From IMG/VR virus record IMGVR_UViG_3300028593_000715: a stretch of 64,000 nucleotides of DNA; one strand, given 5' to 3'. The stretch is from an uncultured virus (IMG/VR IMGVR_UViG_3300028593_000715). Its lineage: Duplodnaviria > Heunggongvirae > Uroviricota > Caudoviricetes. The first letter of the stretch is position 1; each line of letters starts with the position of its first letter. Below the pieces are notes generated by a model. That model ran no database searches. It saw only the letters and a program-made list of their open reading frames with translations, and was not told where the DNA came from. Position numbers and translations under genes: made by a program. Shown here in pieces: positions 19,701-28,332 of the stretch.

Positions 19701-21077
19701 GAAGGAAATGGCAAGCTCCTGAAGCTGGGATTTCAAAATGGTGAGCTGACCGCCGAGGTTATCCTGCATGACGGCAGCCATCTTTGCGGTAACGCCGTTG
19801 TAGCCGTCGATTTCATCGGAACAAGTGCTGATCGAACCTTCCAGCTTCTGAATATCCGCAGGCGCAGCATTCATCAGTGCAAGGAAGCCGGACATGGCGT
19901 TCTTGCCGACCAGTGCCTGCGCCGCCGATGCCTGTTCCGATTCCGACATTTGTGCAAAAGCGACACGGCAGTCTGCAAGGATGTCGTTCAGCTCACGCAT
20001 CGAGCCGTCCTGATTGGTGGTGGCGATCTTCATTTCACCGAAGGCATCACCGCAGAACTTGACGTCACCTGCAAGGGCGGTCATGATTGAACGAAGTGCA
20101 GTACCGGACTGCGAACCCTTGATACCGCTGTTCGCCATCAGTCCGATTGCCTGTGCTGTATCCTCACAAGAGAATCCCAGTGAACCGGCAACAGGCGCAC
20201 AGTATTTGAAGGTTTCACCCATCATGCTGACGTTCGTGTTCGCATTGGACGATGCCGCCGCCAGTACATCAGCAAAATGACCGCTGTCGGCAGCAGATAA
20301 GCCGAAAGCGGTCAGAGCGTCAGTTACAATATCCGAAGTTGTCGCCAAGTCCTCACCGGAAGCTGCTGCGAGGTTCATGATGCCCTCGATGCCGTCCAGC
20401 ATATCGCCGGTCTTCCAGCCCGCCATCGCCATGTAGTTCATGGCATCGGCAGCCTCGGAAGCGGAGAACTTGGTCTTTGCGCCCATTTCACGGGCTTTGT
20501 CACGCAGTGCGTCCAGTTCATCACCAGTCGCACCGGATACAGCAGCGACCTTGCTCATGGCGGAGTCGAAGTCTGCTGCGGTCTTGACAGCGGCAGTTCC
20601 GGCAGCCATGACGGGAACTGTCACATGAGTGGTCAGTGTCGTTCCGACATCGGCGATCTTGTCACCGGCTTTTTCAAGCATTTCTCCCGCCTGACCGAGC
20701 TTGGCAAGCGCCGTACTGGAAGCCTCCGCCTCACGCTGGAGGTTCTGCAGTTCCTGTTCCGTTTCGATGATCTCACGCTGCAGGGCGTCATACTGCTCCT
20801 GCGAGATGTCGCCGTTGGCAAGTGCCTGATTCGCTTGCTCTGCCGCCGTTTTCAGGGTTTCCAGCTTTTCTTTGGTAGCCTTCACCGCATCGGCGAGGAG
20901 CTTGTGTTTCTGCGAGAGCAGTTCCGTATTGGTCGGATCGAGTTTCAGCAGCTTCTGTACATCCTTGAGCTGCGTCTGCGTGTTCTTGATGTTTTTGTTG
21001 ACACCCTCCAGAGCCTTCGACAGCTTGGTCGTATCGCCGCCGATCTCAACGGTGATGCCCTTGATTCTGTTTGCCAT
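16749..21077 (-). CDS. Tail tape measure protein
   Basis: 1442 aa; TP901-type core (TKFSASEAADAM); W/F-spaced repeats. Confidence 0.95.
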   Translation of the reverse strand: MANRIKGITVEIGGDTTKLSKALEGVNKNIKNTQTQLKDVQKLLKLDPTNTELLSQKHKLLADAVKATKEKLETLKTAAEQANQALANGDISQEQYDALQREIIETEQELQNLQREAEASSTALAKLGQAGEMLEKAGDKIADVGTTLTTHVTVPVMAAGTAAVKTAADFDSAMSKVAAVSGATGDELDALRDKAREMGAKTKFSASEAADAMNYMAMAGWKTGDMLDGIEGIMNLAAASGEDLATTSDIVTDALTAFGLSAADSGHFADVLAAASSNANTNVSMMGETFKYCAPVAGSLGFSCEDTAQAIGLMANSGIKGSQSGTALRSIMTALAGDVKFCGDAFGEMKIATTNQDGSMRELNDILADCRVAFAQMSESEQASAAQALVGKNAMSGFLALMNAAPADIQKLEGSISTCSDEIDGYNGVTAKMAAVMQDNLGGQLTILKSQLQELAISFGEILMPAIRSIVTRIQGLIDKLNALSPATKETIVKVALVAAALGPLFVVVGKTMVGVGKLMQLVANLPTIIASAKAAFTSFGAAIGGISAPVVAVIAVVAALVAAFVHLWRTNEDFRNKITAIWEQIKSIFSGFCQGIVDRINALGFDFKNITEVIKAVWDGLCKFLKPIFEGQFQQIANIFKAVTDIILSVLDIFVGIFTGDWSRVWDGIKGIFSAVWNFIKDTLKNALNMICGIFGTDLGEVKEFWVGVWTSIKNFFVNIWNGIKNFVSTVLNAIKIFFTTIWTGIKNFFVGIWTAIYNSVAEKINLIKTVITVVWNAIHTAITTVLNAIWSVITTVWQTIYDFISPLLEAFRYLFETIFEAIHVIISRVMDWIHDKIVERWETIKAVVTVVLGAIKSVIETVWNAIHTAITTVMDAISNVISTVWNAISGFISGVVNAIWSVISSIWNSIKDHITNTLNAIHAVVSAVWNAISGFISGVLNTISSVVSSIWNGIKNTVTNILNTIKTTVSNIWDSVKNAVTQKITAIKDTIVNGFNAAVNFIKNLASQAFQWGADIIDGIVNGIKNCIGKVADAVKGVANKIKSFLHFSVPDEGPLADFESWMPDFMQGLADGINANTSVVNDAVNSFAGGLAEKISSVIQSALSNVVASVQGFITQVFDTVKTVWTNANAAINATMSQIKNGITGGWKAIVSVVENALDNIKKVITTTWKAAASVIEAALNGIKKIVTAVWTAMKTLINTGQLDIKNVISTTWNAAKDVVNTALNAIRTVVQSVWNAMPDIVRNPMNQVKDAVLSIWDNIKNGIGDRLGGVRDAVRNAMSAVYDAVMEKVNSSWSWGRDLMQNLINGLNYMLGNLINTVADVARAISDYLHFSVPDKGPLTEFESWMPDFMKGLAQGINKSKKYVEKAISGVADAMTIAMNSDFNVDMSGVTGAMAGAGGTTVVNNYNNNSRTVNQTNNSPKSLSRLEIYRMTKNAIRT

Positions 21078-21133
21078 GCGGTTTCACCTCCTCCGTGAGG
21101 GCATGAAAAAAGCACCTGCCGTAGCAAGTGCTA
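21021..21133. repeat. Direct repeat B (terminator, RBS and tape measure 5' end); second copy 21815-21930
   Basis: Near-identical sequence visible at both loci. Confidence 0.9.
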
Positions 21134-21150
21134 AATTATTAAACTGTATG

Positions 21151-21723
21151 TTATACCGGTGATTTTAAATCCTTGTCTTGCCTTAGTGTTTTACTAAGAA
21201 CGCATCCGCTGTCTATCACTCCATTATCGGAATCACAATGTGTTATCATCTCATAATCATTACCCATTGTTTTTTGAGCAATCGCAGTTAAAAGAGCAAC
21301 CACATGAAATCCACGTTCTTCCAATGGAAGTTTGTATCCTAAAGAACTGAATGTCGAGGATCTGCCTAATGTGACTAAATCTCCGATATACATATTAGAC
21401 TGCGAACCACCATCGATTACTAATTGATCACGAATAGAATCATAGTTTATCCGATGAATATTTTGTCCGTTTCTTATTTTTTCTATTTCAGAGGTTAATA
21501 ATGAAGTGAGAGGAGAAGAACGGTATTTGGGAACCAGTGATTGAATTTTATCAAGCTGTTCCTGATGGAATCGTGCAACCTCTCTTTCAGCTTGGATTCG
21601 TTCTTGTTCCCACCTGCGTTCTCTATCTCTCTTGTTAGCATCTATCATTGCAGAATCAATTAACCCATATCCTATTATACACACTACGGGTATGCCAATA
21701 ATTACAAGAATAGCAATCCACAT
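21151..21723 (-). CDS. Moron: membrane-anchored hypothetical protein
   Basis: N-terminal TM helix; AT-rich; own TTGACT-17-TATAAT promoter and terminator. Confidence 0.75.
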   Translation of the reverse strand: MWIAILVIIGIPVVCIIGYGLIDSAMIDANKRDRERRWEQERIQAEREVARFHQEQLDKIQSLVPKYRSSPLTSLLTSEIEKIRNGQNIHRINYDSIRDQLVIDGGSQSNMYIGDLVTLGRSSTFSSLGYKLPLEERGFHVVALLTAIAQKTMGNDYEMITHCDSDNGVIDSGCVLSKTLRQDKDLKSPV

Positions 21724-21744
21724 AAAAATCACCCCTTTTGAAGT

Positions 21745-21810
21745 AATTATAGCACAGAAGGAAGAAAAAGTCAATCAGAACGCTTCAAAGTCCGCCTGTC
21801 CAGCGACCTC
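21745..21810. repeat. Direct repeat A (tail chaperone 3' end plus sigma70 promoter); second copy 22761-22826
   Basis: 66-bp near-identical copies. Confidence 0.9.
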
Positions 21811-21947
21811 CGATCAGCTTGATCGTATCGCCGCCGATCTCAACGGTAATACCCTTGATTCTGTTTGCCATGCGGTTTCACCTCCTCCGTGAGGGCATGA
21901 AAAAAGCACCTGCTTTTCAGCAAGTGCTTAATGAGTAATTTCAGACA

Positions 21948-22720
21948 TTACCATTCATTTAGTCCATCGTTTATATCTTTAGGTGCCGTATCTATTTTAT
22001 AAATAAAAGCACCAAATGAAGCATTGTTTATACGGAACAATTCCGTTGCTGTTAAATACCTGCTTCCTTGCTCTGCAATTGCAAGTGCTAATCCCAAGCA
22101 CTGATATTCTTCTGAAAGAGGCTTTAGCTTGTAATCAGAGAAATGGACTTTTACATTTATGCAACCATCGCCCTCATAAACTCCAATACCGGATCGACAT
22201 ACGCAATAATTTCCGATTTCAAAAGCTGCATACATATCTTTAACAAGGTTTGGATATAGAGATAAAACTTTTCTTTTAAAGTCATATATTTTTGCTTCAA
22301 CATCAGAAGGAATAGCTTGCTCAATAAATGCTCTACTTCTACCTAAAGAATTTAGAATATTCTGGCTATATGCCTCAGATACTTTTATTGTATATATTGT
22401 CTTATACCATTTACTGGCGGACATATATTCTTTGTGTGGTTCAATAGATTGCAATTCATCATTATCTAATACAGTGTTTTTGGCAAATGTCAAACCTTTT
22501 GGAAGCCTTTTAAGTGTTAATTCACATTCTTGCATCTGTTCTTTATCATAGTTTGAACAGGAAGCGGTCAATTCCCAACGATACTTAAAAAAGCTTTTTT
22601 TGATCTATATAATTCACGCCACCGAATAGTTTTATATTCCAATTCACAACTGCCGCCATTTGCATATAGGCATTTGTTTCGTATTTGATGAAGGATTCGA
22701 TTGACTTCATTTTTATCCAT
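21948..22720 (-). CDS. Moron: hypothetical protein with apparent frameshift at A7 near 22595-22601
   Basis: RBS and ATG at 22720; main ORF 21948-22571 is in the -1 frame. Confidence 0.6.
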
Positions 22721-22790
22721 AATTACCCCCTAAGCAGAGAAAACAGCTTTAATATAGGACAATTATAGCACAACAGGAAGAAAAAGTCAA

Positions 22791-22958
22791 TCAGAACGCA
22801 TCAAAGTCTGCCTGTCCAGCGACCTCATGCCAGCCGTCATATTCGTCATTTTCCTTTTCGGTGAACATATCATTCACGACTCCGATCGTGAGCAGATCAA
22901 GCTCCGAGAGGGACAGCCCGATCTGCACACATCGGAGAAGGAAGAGGGGCGTTGTCAT
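22791..22958 (-). CDS. Tail assembly chaperone, gpT-like -1 frame extension
   Basis: MTTPLFLLRCVQIGLSLSELDLLTIG...DFDAF; open in the -1 frame from slippery AAAAAAAAC at 22979-22987. Confidence 0.7.
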   Translation of the reverse strand: MTTPLFLLRCVQIGLSLSELDLLTIGVVNDMFTEKENDEYDGWHEVAGQADFDAF

Positions 22959-23335
22959 CGGGCGGTCAGTTTTTCGATGTTTTTTTTAGACTCCGCCTGC
23001 GTTTCCACGTTAAGTCCCCACAGTTCAATGAGCTGCGGCAGCACCTCGTAAATGGAGAATGTGTTGAACGCTTCGAGCCATTCGTCGGGGTTGTCCGGCA
23101 CACCCTCCGGATCTGCGTGCTTCGCCATGATGTAGGCGATGTTCTCGAACACCTCAAGGCTCTCGATGTCGAGAGTAGAGCCTTCCTCGTCGCCCTCCTG
23201 CACGGAAGTCTGAAGGGCGGCGAAGTCCTTGTAAATATCCCTGCGGAACTTGATACGGTACAGGCGAGGCACAGCGGCACTCGCCTTGAACGGAACCTCG
23301 ATACCGTCAACGGTGATCGTCTTTTTAATAGCCAT
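22955..23335 (-). CDS. Tail assembly chaperone (gpG-like)
   Basis: Between major tail and tape measure genes; ends SKKN at the slippery site. Confidence 0.8.
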   Translation of the reverse strand: MAIKKTITVDGIEVPFKASAAVPRLYRIKFRRDIYKDFAALQTSVQEGDEEGSTLDIESLEVFENIAYIMAKHADPEGVPDNPDEWLEAFNTFSIYEVLPQLIELWGLNVETQAESKKNIEKLTAR

Positions 23336-23346
23336 GCTATACCTCC

Positions 23347-23976
23347 TTACTCAGTCGCGCTGCCGGACTTGGTCGATGTGGAACGAGTGCCGGTGCTGTT
23401 GTTGGTTGCAGCAGTCGGCATATACACAGCGTTGTACCAGTTGTCGTAGGTGGTCTGGTCGGTGCTTTCGCAGGTCTTGGACTTCACCAGACCATTCGGC
23501 AGCGCCGATGCCTTGAGGGAGAGCTTTTCCGTCTTGACGCTCTTGCTTTCCTCGGTAGTCTCACCCTCAGTCGCAGGACGGGACGCAGAGCAGCAGTACA
23601 GCACATGACGGATGTGGTTCTTGTCGCCGTCAAACTCAAACATAAGAGCAAACTGCGATGTCTCTGCATCGTTGCGCTCCACCAGAACGCCCTTTGCATC
23701 AAGCTGTTCGCCGAGAATCGCCGTTGCAAAGTCGGTCGTGATGAGTGCGACCTCCAGATCGCCGTCATAGCCTGCGTTGTTGTTGATGACATAATAAACG
23801 CTGTTGTCAGCGTAGAAGTTCTCGTTTTCACCGTTCGCATCAATGCTCAGGGAAACTGCACCGGGCAGGCGTACAGGCGTTGCGAAGGTCGGAACACCAT
23901 CATCGCTCCATGCTGTGATCTTTGCCCAATGCACCTTGTTCAGACCGAATTTTACCTTATTCTTCTGCAGTGCCAT
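23347..23976 (-). CDS. Major tail protein (phi13 family)
   Basis: NKVKFGL..VH and FYADN motifs. Confidence 0.9.
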   Translation of the reverse strand: MALQKNKVKFGLNKVHWAKITAWSDDGVPTFATPVRLPGAVSLSIDANGENENFYADNSVYYVINNNAGYDGDLEVALITTDFATAILGEQLDAKGVLVERNDAETSQFALMFEFDGDKNHIRHVLYCCSASRPATEGETTEESKSVKTEKLSLKASALPNGLVKSKTCESTDQTTYDNWYNAVYMPTAATNNSTGTRSTSTKSGSATE

Positions 23977-23978
23977 TG

Positions 23979-24296
23979 TTATACCTCCATTTCGTAAAGC
24001 ACCTCGTAGAGCTTTTCGCTCTCGATCCAGCTTTCGGTTTTCGTGTAATAGATATTGTGCTGCGTCAGCACTTCCTCCACACGGCTTTCCGTATCAGGCG
24101 ACTTTTCATCCGTATACAGCTCCACATCAAGCTGTTTGAAGCTGTGATACATCAGGTTATCCGCGCCGAAGGTATCCTCGCCGGGTGAGAGAAAAATAAC
24201 AAAGGGCGGTTTCGGAGATTCGCCCTCGGCAAAATGATGATAGGCAAACGGCATCCCGATCTCCTGCATCATTTCATTGATTTCTTCATAGGTCAT
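23979..24296 (-). CDS. Tail completion protein
   Basis: PFAYHHF.EGESP.PPF and ELYTD.K motifs; synteny. Confidence 0.75.
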   Translation of the reverse strand: MTYEEINEMMQEIGMPFAYHHFAEGESPKPPFVIFLSPGEDTFGADNLMYHSFKQLDVELYTDEKSPDTESRVEEVLTQHNIYYTKTESWIESEKLYEVLYEMEV

Positions 24297-24363
24297 TTTT
24301 TTCCTTTCAGTGATTGATTTTTCTCCTTTAATCGTATATAATGAAAAAAAGGAGCTGATTATA

Positions 24364-24714
24364 ATGAGTGTTGGACATGGTGCATTTTGCAAAAAGCTAT
24401 CTGAGAATGATGAATGCGTAACATATGCCTATTCATCATTTAACTATAATAACAAAAAATATCTTAATGACGAGCGTATATGCGATGGAAAAATAATTAT
24501 CTCAAAGAAAGTTTTTTCTGATAGTTGGGGCGTTCCGAATGATTCTTTTGCCGAACTTTATGACAAGGGTGATATTGTCATAGAAAATTGTTCTAATACG
24601 TGGTTGAAGTGCTCAATTGGCTATGATGTTATGGCAGCCCACCTTTGGTGTAAACTTCTCAGACAAATTCAGAAATTACAATGCTTTCCTGATAAATGCA
24701 ATTATGAGGTATAA
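24364..24714 (+). CDS. Moron: hypothetical protein
   Basis: AT-rich, opposite strand; TTGATT-17-TATAAT at 24314-24342; GGAG RBS. Confidence 0.7.
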   Translation: MSVGHGAFCKKLSENDECVTYAYSSFNYNNKKYLNDERICDGKIIISKKVFSDSWGVPNDSFAELYDKGDIVIENCSNTWLKCSIGYDVMAAHLWCKLLRQIQKLQCFPDKCNYEV

Positions 24715-24721
24715 GCCATAA

Positions 24722-25099
24722 TCATGACAGCGCCTCCTCGATAAGCTGCGTGAGCATTTCCTCGCCGTGTGCTTCCGCAGGGGCGATATGCGGCTTGCCG
24801 GATACACGTCCGCCGTTTCGCTTTGCATGACCTTTTTCAAGCAGGTGCGCAAGCTGGTAGCGGTCTTTCGAGTGAACGGTCATTTCAAGTGTATGGCTGT
24901 TCTCCTTCGTTTTCTTTGTCGCCCAGCTCTTGCGGTACTTGCCTGTGTGCTTCGGGGCATTAGCGGAGATTTGCTTCTTGACCTCAGTCGCTGTCTTTTT
25001 CACAGCGGCTTTCATAGCAGTATCGGCAAGGTCTGCATATTCCGTCAGACCGCACATGATTTCCGCCGCCATATCGTCAATCGAAGTCATCCTGCTCAC
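24722..25099 (-). CDS. HK97 gp10-like neck protein
   Basis: AP..TGKYRKSW and LAHLLEKGHAKRNGGRV motifs. Confidence 0.85.
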   Translation of the reverse strand: MSRMTSIDDMAAEIMCGLTEYADLADTAMKAAVKKTATEVKKQISANAPKHTGKYRKSWATKKTKENSHTLEMTVHSKDRYQLAHLLEKGHAKRNGGRVSGKPHIAPAEAHGEEMLTQLIEEALS

Positions 25100-25430
25100 C
25101 AGCCTTTCGTGTACCTGCCGTGATCTTCATATAGTCGAGCGATTTATAATTCGGCAGCACACCGTTGATGTCATACACCAGACCACGGAAGCGCAGCTTG
25201 TGCGTGGTGGTATCGATGCGCTTGGTATCGGGTGTCTGCCGGACAGTGAATTCCAGCGATACAACTTCCTGCGTCACGCCCGCCTCGGTTGTTTCCGTTG
25301 ATGTCTTTACGGACACGGCAGCCCAGCAGGAGAAAACTTCCTCCCACCGGGCTTTGTGGTTGCCGATGCCGTCCACCTTCGTGCTGTGTTCGAGGAAGGC
25401 GATCCGTTGATTGAGCGTTCCGATCTCCAT
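25077..25430 (-). CDS. Head closure protein
   Basis: LNQRI.F motif; synteny. Confidence 0.8.
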   Translation of the reverse strand: MEIGTLNQRIAFLEHSTKVDGIGNHKARWEEVFSCWAAVSVKTSTETTEAGVTQEVVSLEFTVRQTPDTKRIDTTTHKLRFRGLVYDINGVLPNYKSLDYMKITAGTRKAGEQDDFD

Positions 25431-25702
25431 CAGATCACCCCTTCCCGCTGCGCAAACAACAGCGAACGGAGCGTGAGTGTCAGCTTGTGGTAGTCAGCAC
25501 CGTTGCGGTTCTCGTAGAGGTAAGAAACAGTATACAGCATAGCCTGCCGGGTGGTTTCCTCATTGACCGCAAGTGCCGCATCGTCCATTCTGCCGACGTC
25601 CTGCACGAGCCGTTTTGCCGTGTCGATCAGAGAGAGGATGAGCTTGTCATCCTCGCAGTGATCGACTCGAAGGTAGTTTTTGGTTTCGTGAAGCGTGATC
25701 AC
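25430..25702 (-). CDS. Head-tail connector (gp6-like)
   Basis: K.YLRVD..EDD.LI and YLYENR motifs. Confidence 0.85.
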   Translation of the reverse strand: MITLHETKNYLRVDHCEDDKLILSLIDTAKRLVQDVGRMDDAALAVNEETTRQAMLYTVSYLYENRNGADYHKLTLTLRSLLFAQREGVI

Positions 25703-26898
25703 GAGCCGGACTTGACCTTGAGCGTCTTGACTGCCTCCGGCAGGATGAGCTTGCCGTCGAGACGCTCCATTGCAAGGAAGCCGACCTGACCGGTCATGGC
25801 GAACAACTCGTTCAGACGCTTGAAGGTACGACCGGAACGATCGGCGATCCAGTAGTAGCTGAAATCACCGAATGCCATACACTTCGCACCCGCCTTGATC
25901 TCCGGCACATAGCTGGAGGTCTTGTACGGACGGTTAAGGATGGTGTCAGGCACACCAGCGGAAACGGACGGCTGCCAGATGTAGTTGCCGTTGCCGTCCT
26001 TCAGCTTGCGGAGTGCCTTGACCGTGCTATCGTTCAGCACCCAGACCGCCTTCTTGCGGTAGGGGCTGCGGAGCGAATAGAAAAGCTCCATCACATCATC
26101 GAAGGTGATGCTTGCGCCTGCTGTAGTCGCGCCGTCCTGTGCACCGCCGGTTGCATTGAAGATGCCGGTAGGCTTGCCGGTGCCGTTGCCGATGAAGAAG
26201 GCTTCCTCCTCCTTTGCGCCGATACGACGGGCAAACTCACGGGCGATATAGGACGGAAGGTCGAACACGCTGTCATTGAGAAGCTCCTCGGAGATCTTGA
26301 TCGCCGTGCCGAGCTTATATGCGGAGAGCGATGCCTGACCGAAGGTGTCATCGGAAAGCGTGTACTGCTCCTCCTCATCCATCCAGACCGCATCGCCCTT
26401 CGATGTAACAATAGGAATCTTGCGGTCGCCGGAACTGGTCTTGATCACAGTTGCCATCTGGCGGAAGATGTTCTCTTCCTCAAGCGCCTCGATGAGTTTT
26501 CTCTCGAACTCATCCGGTACAAGATAGCCGCCCTCGGTATCCGTGCCGACATGGAGGTCGTTGCGCACATCGATCCAGTTACGATTGCGGATGCTGTTCC
26601 AGAAGGCATCGCTGTATGCAGCAGATGCGGTTCCGGTCTTTTCCGGCTCAGTATTCTGCGCAGCGGGTGTGGTGAGAATCGGTGCAGATGTTGCTTTCGC
26701 CATGTCCGCCTCGATCTCTGCCTGACGCTCCATGCGCTGGATTTCCTTGCCGAGGTTCACGATGGTTGCTTCCATTGCGTCATAGGTCTTGCTGTCCTCT
26801 TCGGAAAGCGTACCGTCAGCCTGACGCTTGCTGTCGAGGAAGTCGCGGGCGGTATCCCACGCCTTCGCTCTCTTTTCACGAAGTTCCTGAATAGTCAT
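25699..26898 (-). CDS. Major capsid protein (HK97 fold)
   Basis: GGYLVPDEF, ISEELLNDS and FGDFSYY motifs. Confidence 0.95.
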   Translation of the reverse strand: MTIQELREKRAKAWDTARDFLDSKRQADGTLSEEDSKTYDAMEATIVNLGKEIQRMERQAEIEADMAKATSAPILTTPAAQNTEPEKTGTASAAYSDAFWNSIRNRNWIDVRNDLHVGTDTEGGYLVPDEFERKLIEALEEENIFRQMATVIKTSSGDRKIPIVTSKGDAVWMDEEEQYTLSDDTFGQASLSAYKLGTAIKISEELLNDSVFDLPSYIAREFARRIGAKEEEAFFIGNGTGKPTGIFNATGGAQDGATTAGASITFDDVMELFYSLRSPYRKKAVWVLNDSTVKALRKLKDGNGNYIWQPSVSAGVPDTILNRPYKTSSYVPEIKAGAKCMAFGDFSYYWIADRSGRTFKRLNELFAMTGQVGFLAMERLDGKLILPEAVKTLKVKSGS

Positions 26899-26913
26899 TA
26901 TACATACCTCCAA

Positions 26914-27666
26914 TCAGTATTTCAGAAGATTCAGCCGACTCATCAGCTGATCTACGGGTGTACCTTTGTGTTCCGCAGAGACCTTCTGCATCAGGCTCTG
27001 CATGGTTGCTGCACGGGAATAAGACATTGCCGTCAGGTTATCTTCCTTCGGCTCTTCCTCATCCGGTGTATCTTCATCGGGCTTTTCATCCTCATCCTGC
27101 CTCGGCTGCGGAGCGCTGCTTGCAAAGAGAATCCCGTCCACCAGTCCAAGGGACTGCGCCTTTTTCGCATTGAGCCACGTTTCCTCGTCCATCATGCGGG
27201 CGATCTTGCTGCGGCTCAGACCGGACTTTTCCTCGTAGGCATTGATGATGCTCTCCTTGACCTCGTCAAGCAGTTCGATTGCCTTCTGCATCGCTTCCTT
27301 ATTGCCGAAAGCGGTAGTTGCGGGATTATGGATCATCAGCATACCCGTCGGTGCGATGAGGGTTTCATCACCAGCCATTGCAACAACAGAAGCGGCACTT
27401 GCCGCAATTCCGTCGATCTTGACTGTGACCTTGCCCTTATGATTGCGGAGCATCGTATAGATCTGCGATGCCGCAAATACATCTCCGCCCGGAGAATTCA
27501 GCCAGACAGTGAGATCGCCGCTGACCTTTGAAAGCTCGTTACGGAACATGGCAGGCGTGATCTCATCACCGAACCATGTGTCTTCCGAAATCGGTCCGTT
27601 GAAGATCAGCTCGGATGCGCCGGTGTCTTCATTGCGTACCCAGTTCCAGAACTTATTCATCTGCAT
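26914..27666 (-). CDS. ClpP-like prohead protease
   Basis: LNSPGGDVF, GIAASAAS and MIHNP motifs. Confidence 0.93.
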   Translation of the reverse strand: MQMNKFWNWVRNEDTGASELIFNGPISEDTWFGDEITPAMFRNELSKVSGDLTVWLNSPGGDVFAASQIYTMLRNHKGKVTVKIDGIAASAASVVAMAGDETLIAPTGMLMIHNPATTAFGNKEAMQKAIELLDEVKESIINAYEEKSGLSRSKIARMMDEETWLNAKKAQSLGLVDGILFASSAPQPRQDEDEKPDEDTPDEEEPKEDNLTAMSYSRAATMQSLMQKVSAEHKGTPVDQLMSRLNLLKY

Positions 27667-27675
27667 TTTCTCCTT

Positions 27676-28332
27676 TCATGTTTGAAAATTCAGCCGTGCG
27701 TATTCCCCAAAATAGAATACAGCGGCTCTGTCATATGCGTGTGCGGCATCAACAGGATTCGAGAAATATCCGAGAAACTTAAAATGTCCATCCGGATGAA
27801 TATAAGCCATAAATCTGCCTTTATGCTTATCAAAACAAACGCCTTTGTATCCTGTGGTATTTGAAACGGGCATTGCTGAATTTTGTGTATTGCAGTGCTG
27901 TGATGTTATGCGGAGATTGCATCTGCGGTTATCATAGGGGTGACCATTGATATGATCGACAACACCGTCGGGAAAGCCCATCAGCAATCTGTGAAGTTTT
28001 ATTCTGCGCCCTTCTTTTGACTGTGCAGTCGCATATCCTTCTTTGGATACCGACCAGTAGTAGGCGGTAACAACAGCAAGGTCGGCCGTATCGAAAATGA
28101 ATGAACGACCGCTTTTCACTATGCATTTCATATGATCACCGACCGATTCATACCGGTCTGCGCAATGTCCGCAGGTTTTGGTATGCCCGCTTCGCAGGTA
28201 AGAACCTCTTATCTCTGCTGTATTGCCGCAATCGCATCTGCAATACCATACCGTATCGCGTCCTTTGTACATACCGCACGGGGAGATTACAGTAAGATGG
28301 TTGCATCTCGCGCCTGTCATATCAATTTTCAT
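27676..28332 (-). CDS. HNH-AP2 homing endonuclease
   Basis: WYCRCDCG, VDHINGHPYDNRRCNLR and AP2-like LGYF..P.DAAHAYDRAA. Confidence 0.85.
   Translation of the reverse strand: MKIDMTGARCNHLTVISPCGMYKGRDTVWYCRCDCGNTAEIRGSYLRSGHTKTCGHCADRYESVGDHMKCIVKSGRSFIFDTADLAVVTAYYWSVSKEGYATAQSKEGRRIKLHRLLMGFPDGVVDHINGHPYDNRRCNLRITSQHCNTQNSAMPVSNTTGYKGVCFDKHKGRFMAYIHPDGHFKFLGYFSNPVDAAHAYDRAAVFYFGEYARLNFQT

Noticed and set aside
21021..22826. Repeats as a diversity-generating retroelement TR/VR pair
   Set aside because: No reverse transcriptase in the window, and the repeats are gene ends and promoters without adenine-specific differences
22955..22990. -1 frameshift in the tail chaperone as novel
   Set aside because: Well-established gpG/gpGT mechanism; listed as a feature only
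27676..28332. HNH-AP2 gene as part of an intron in the portal gene
   Set aside because: Portal and protease ORFs are complete; the endonuclease is free-standing
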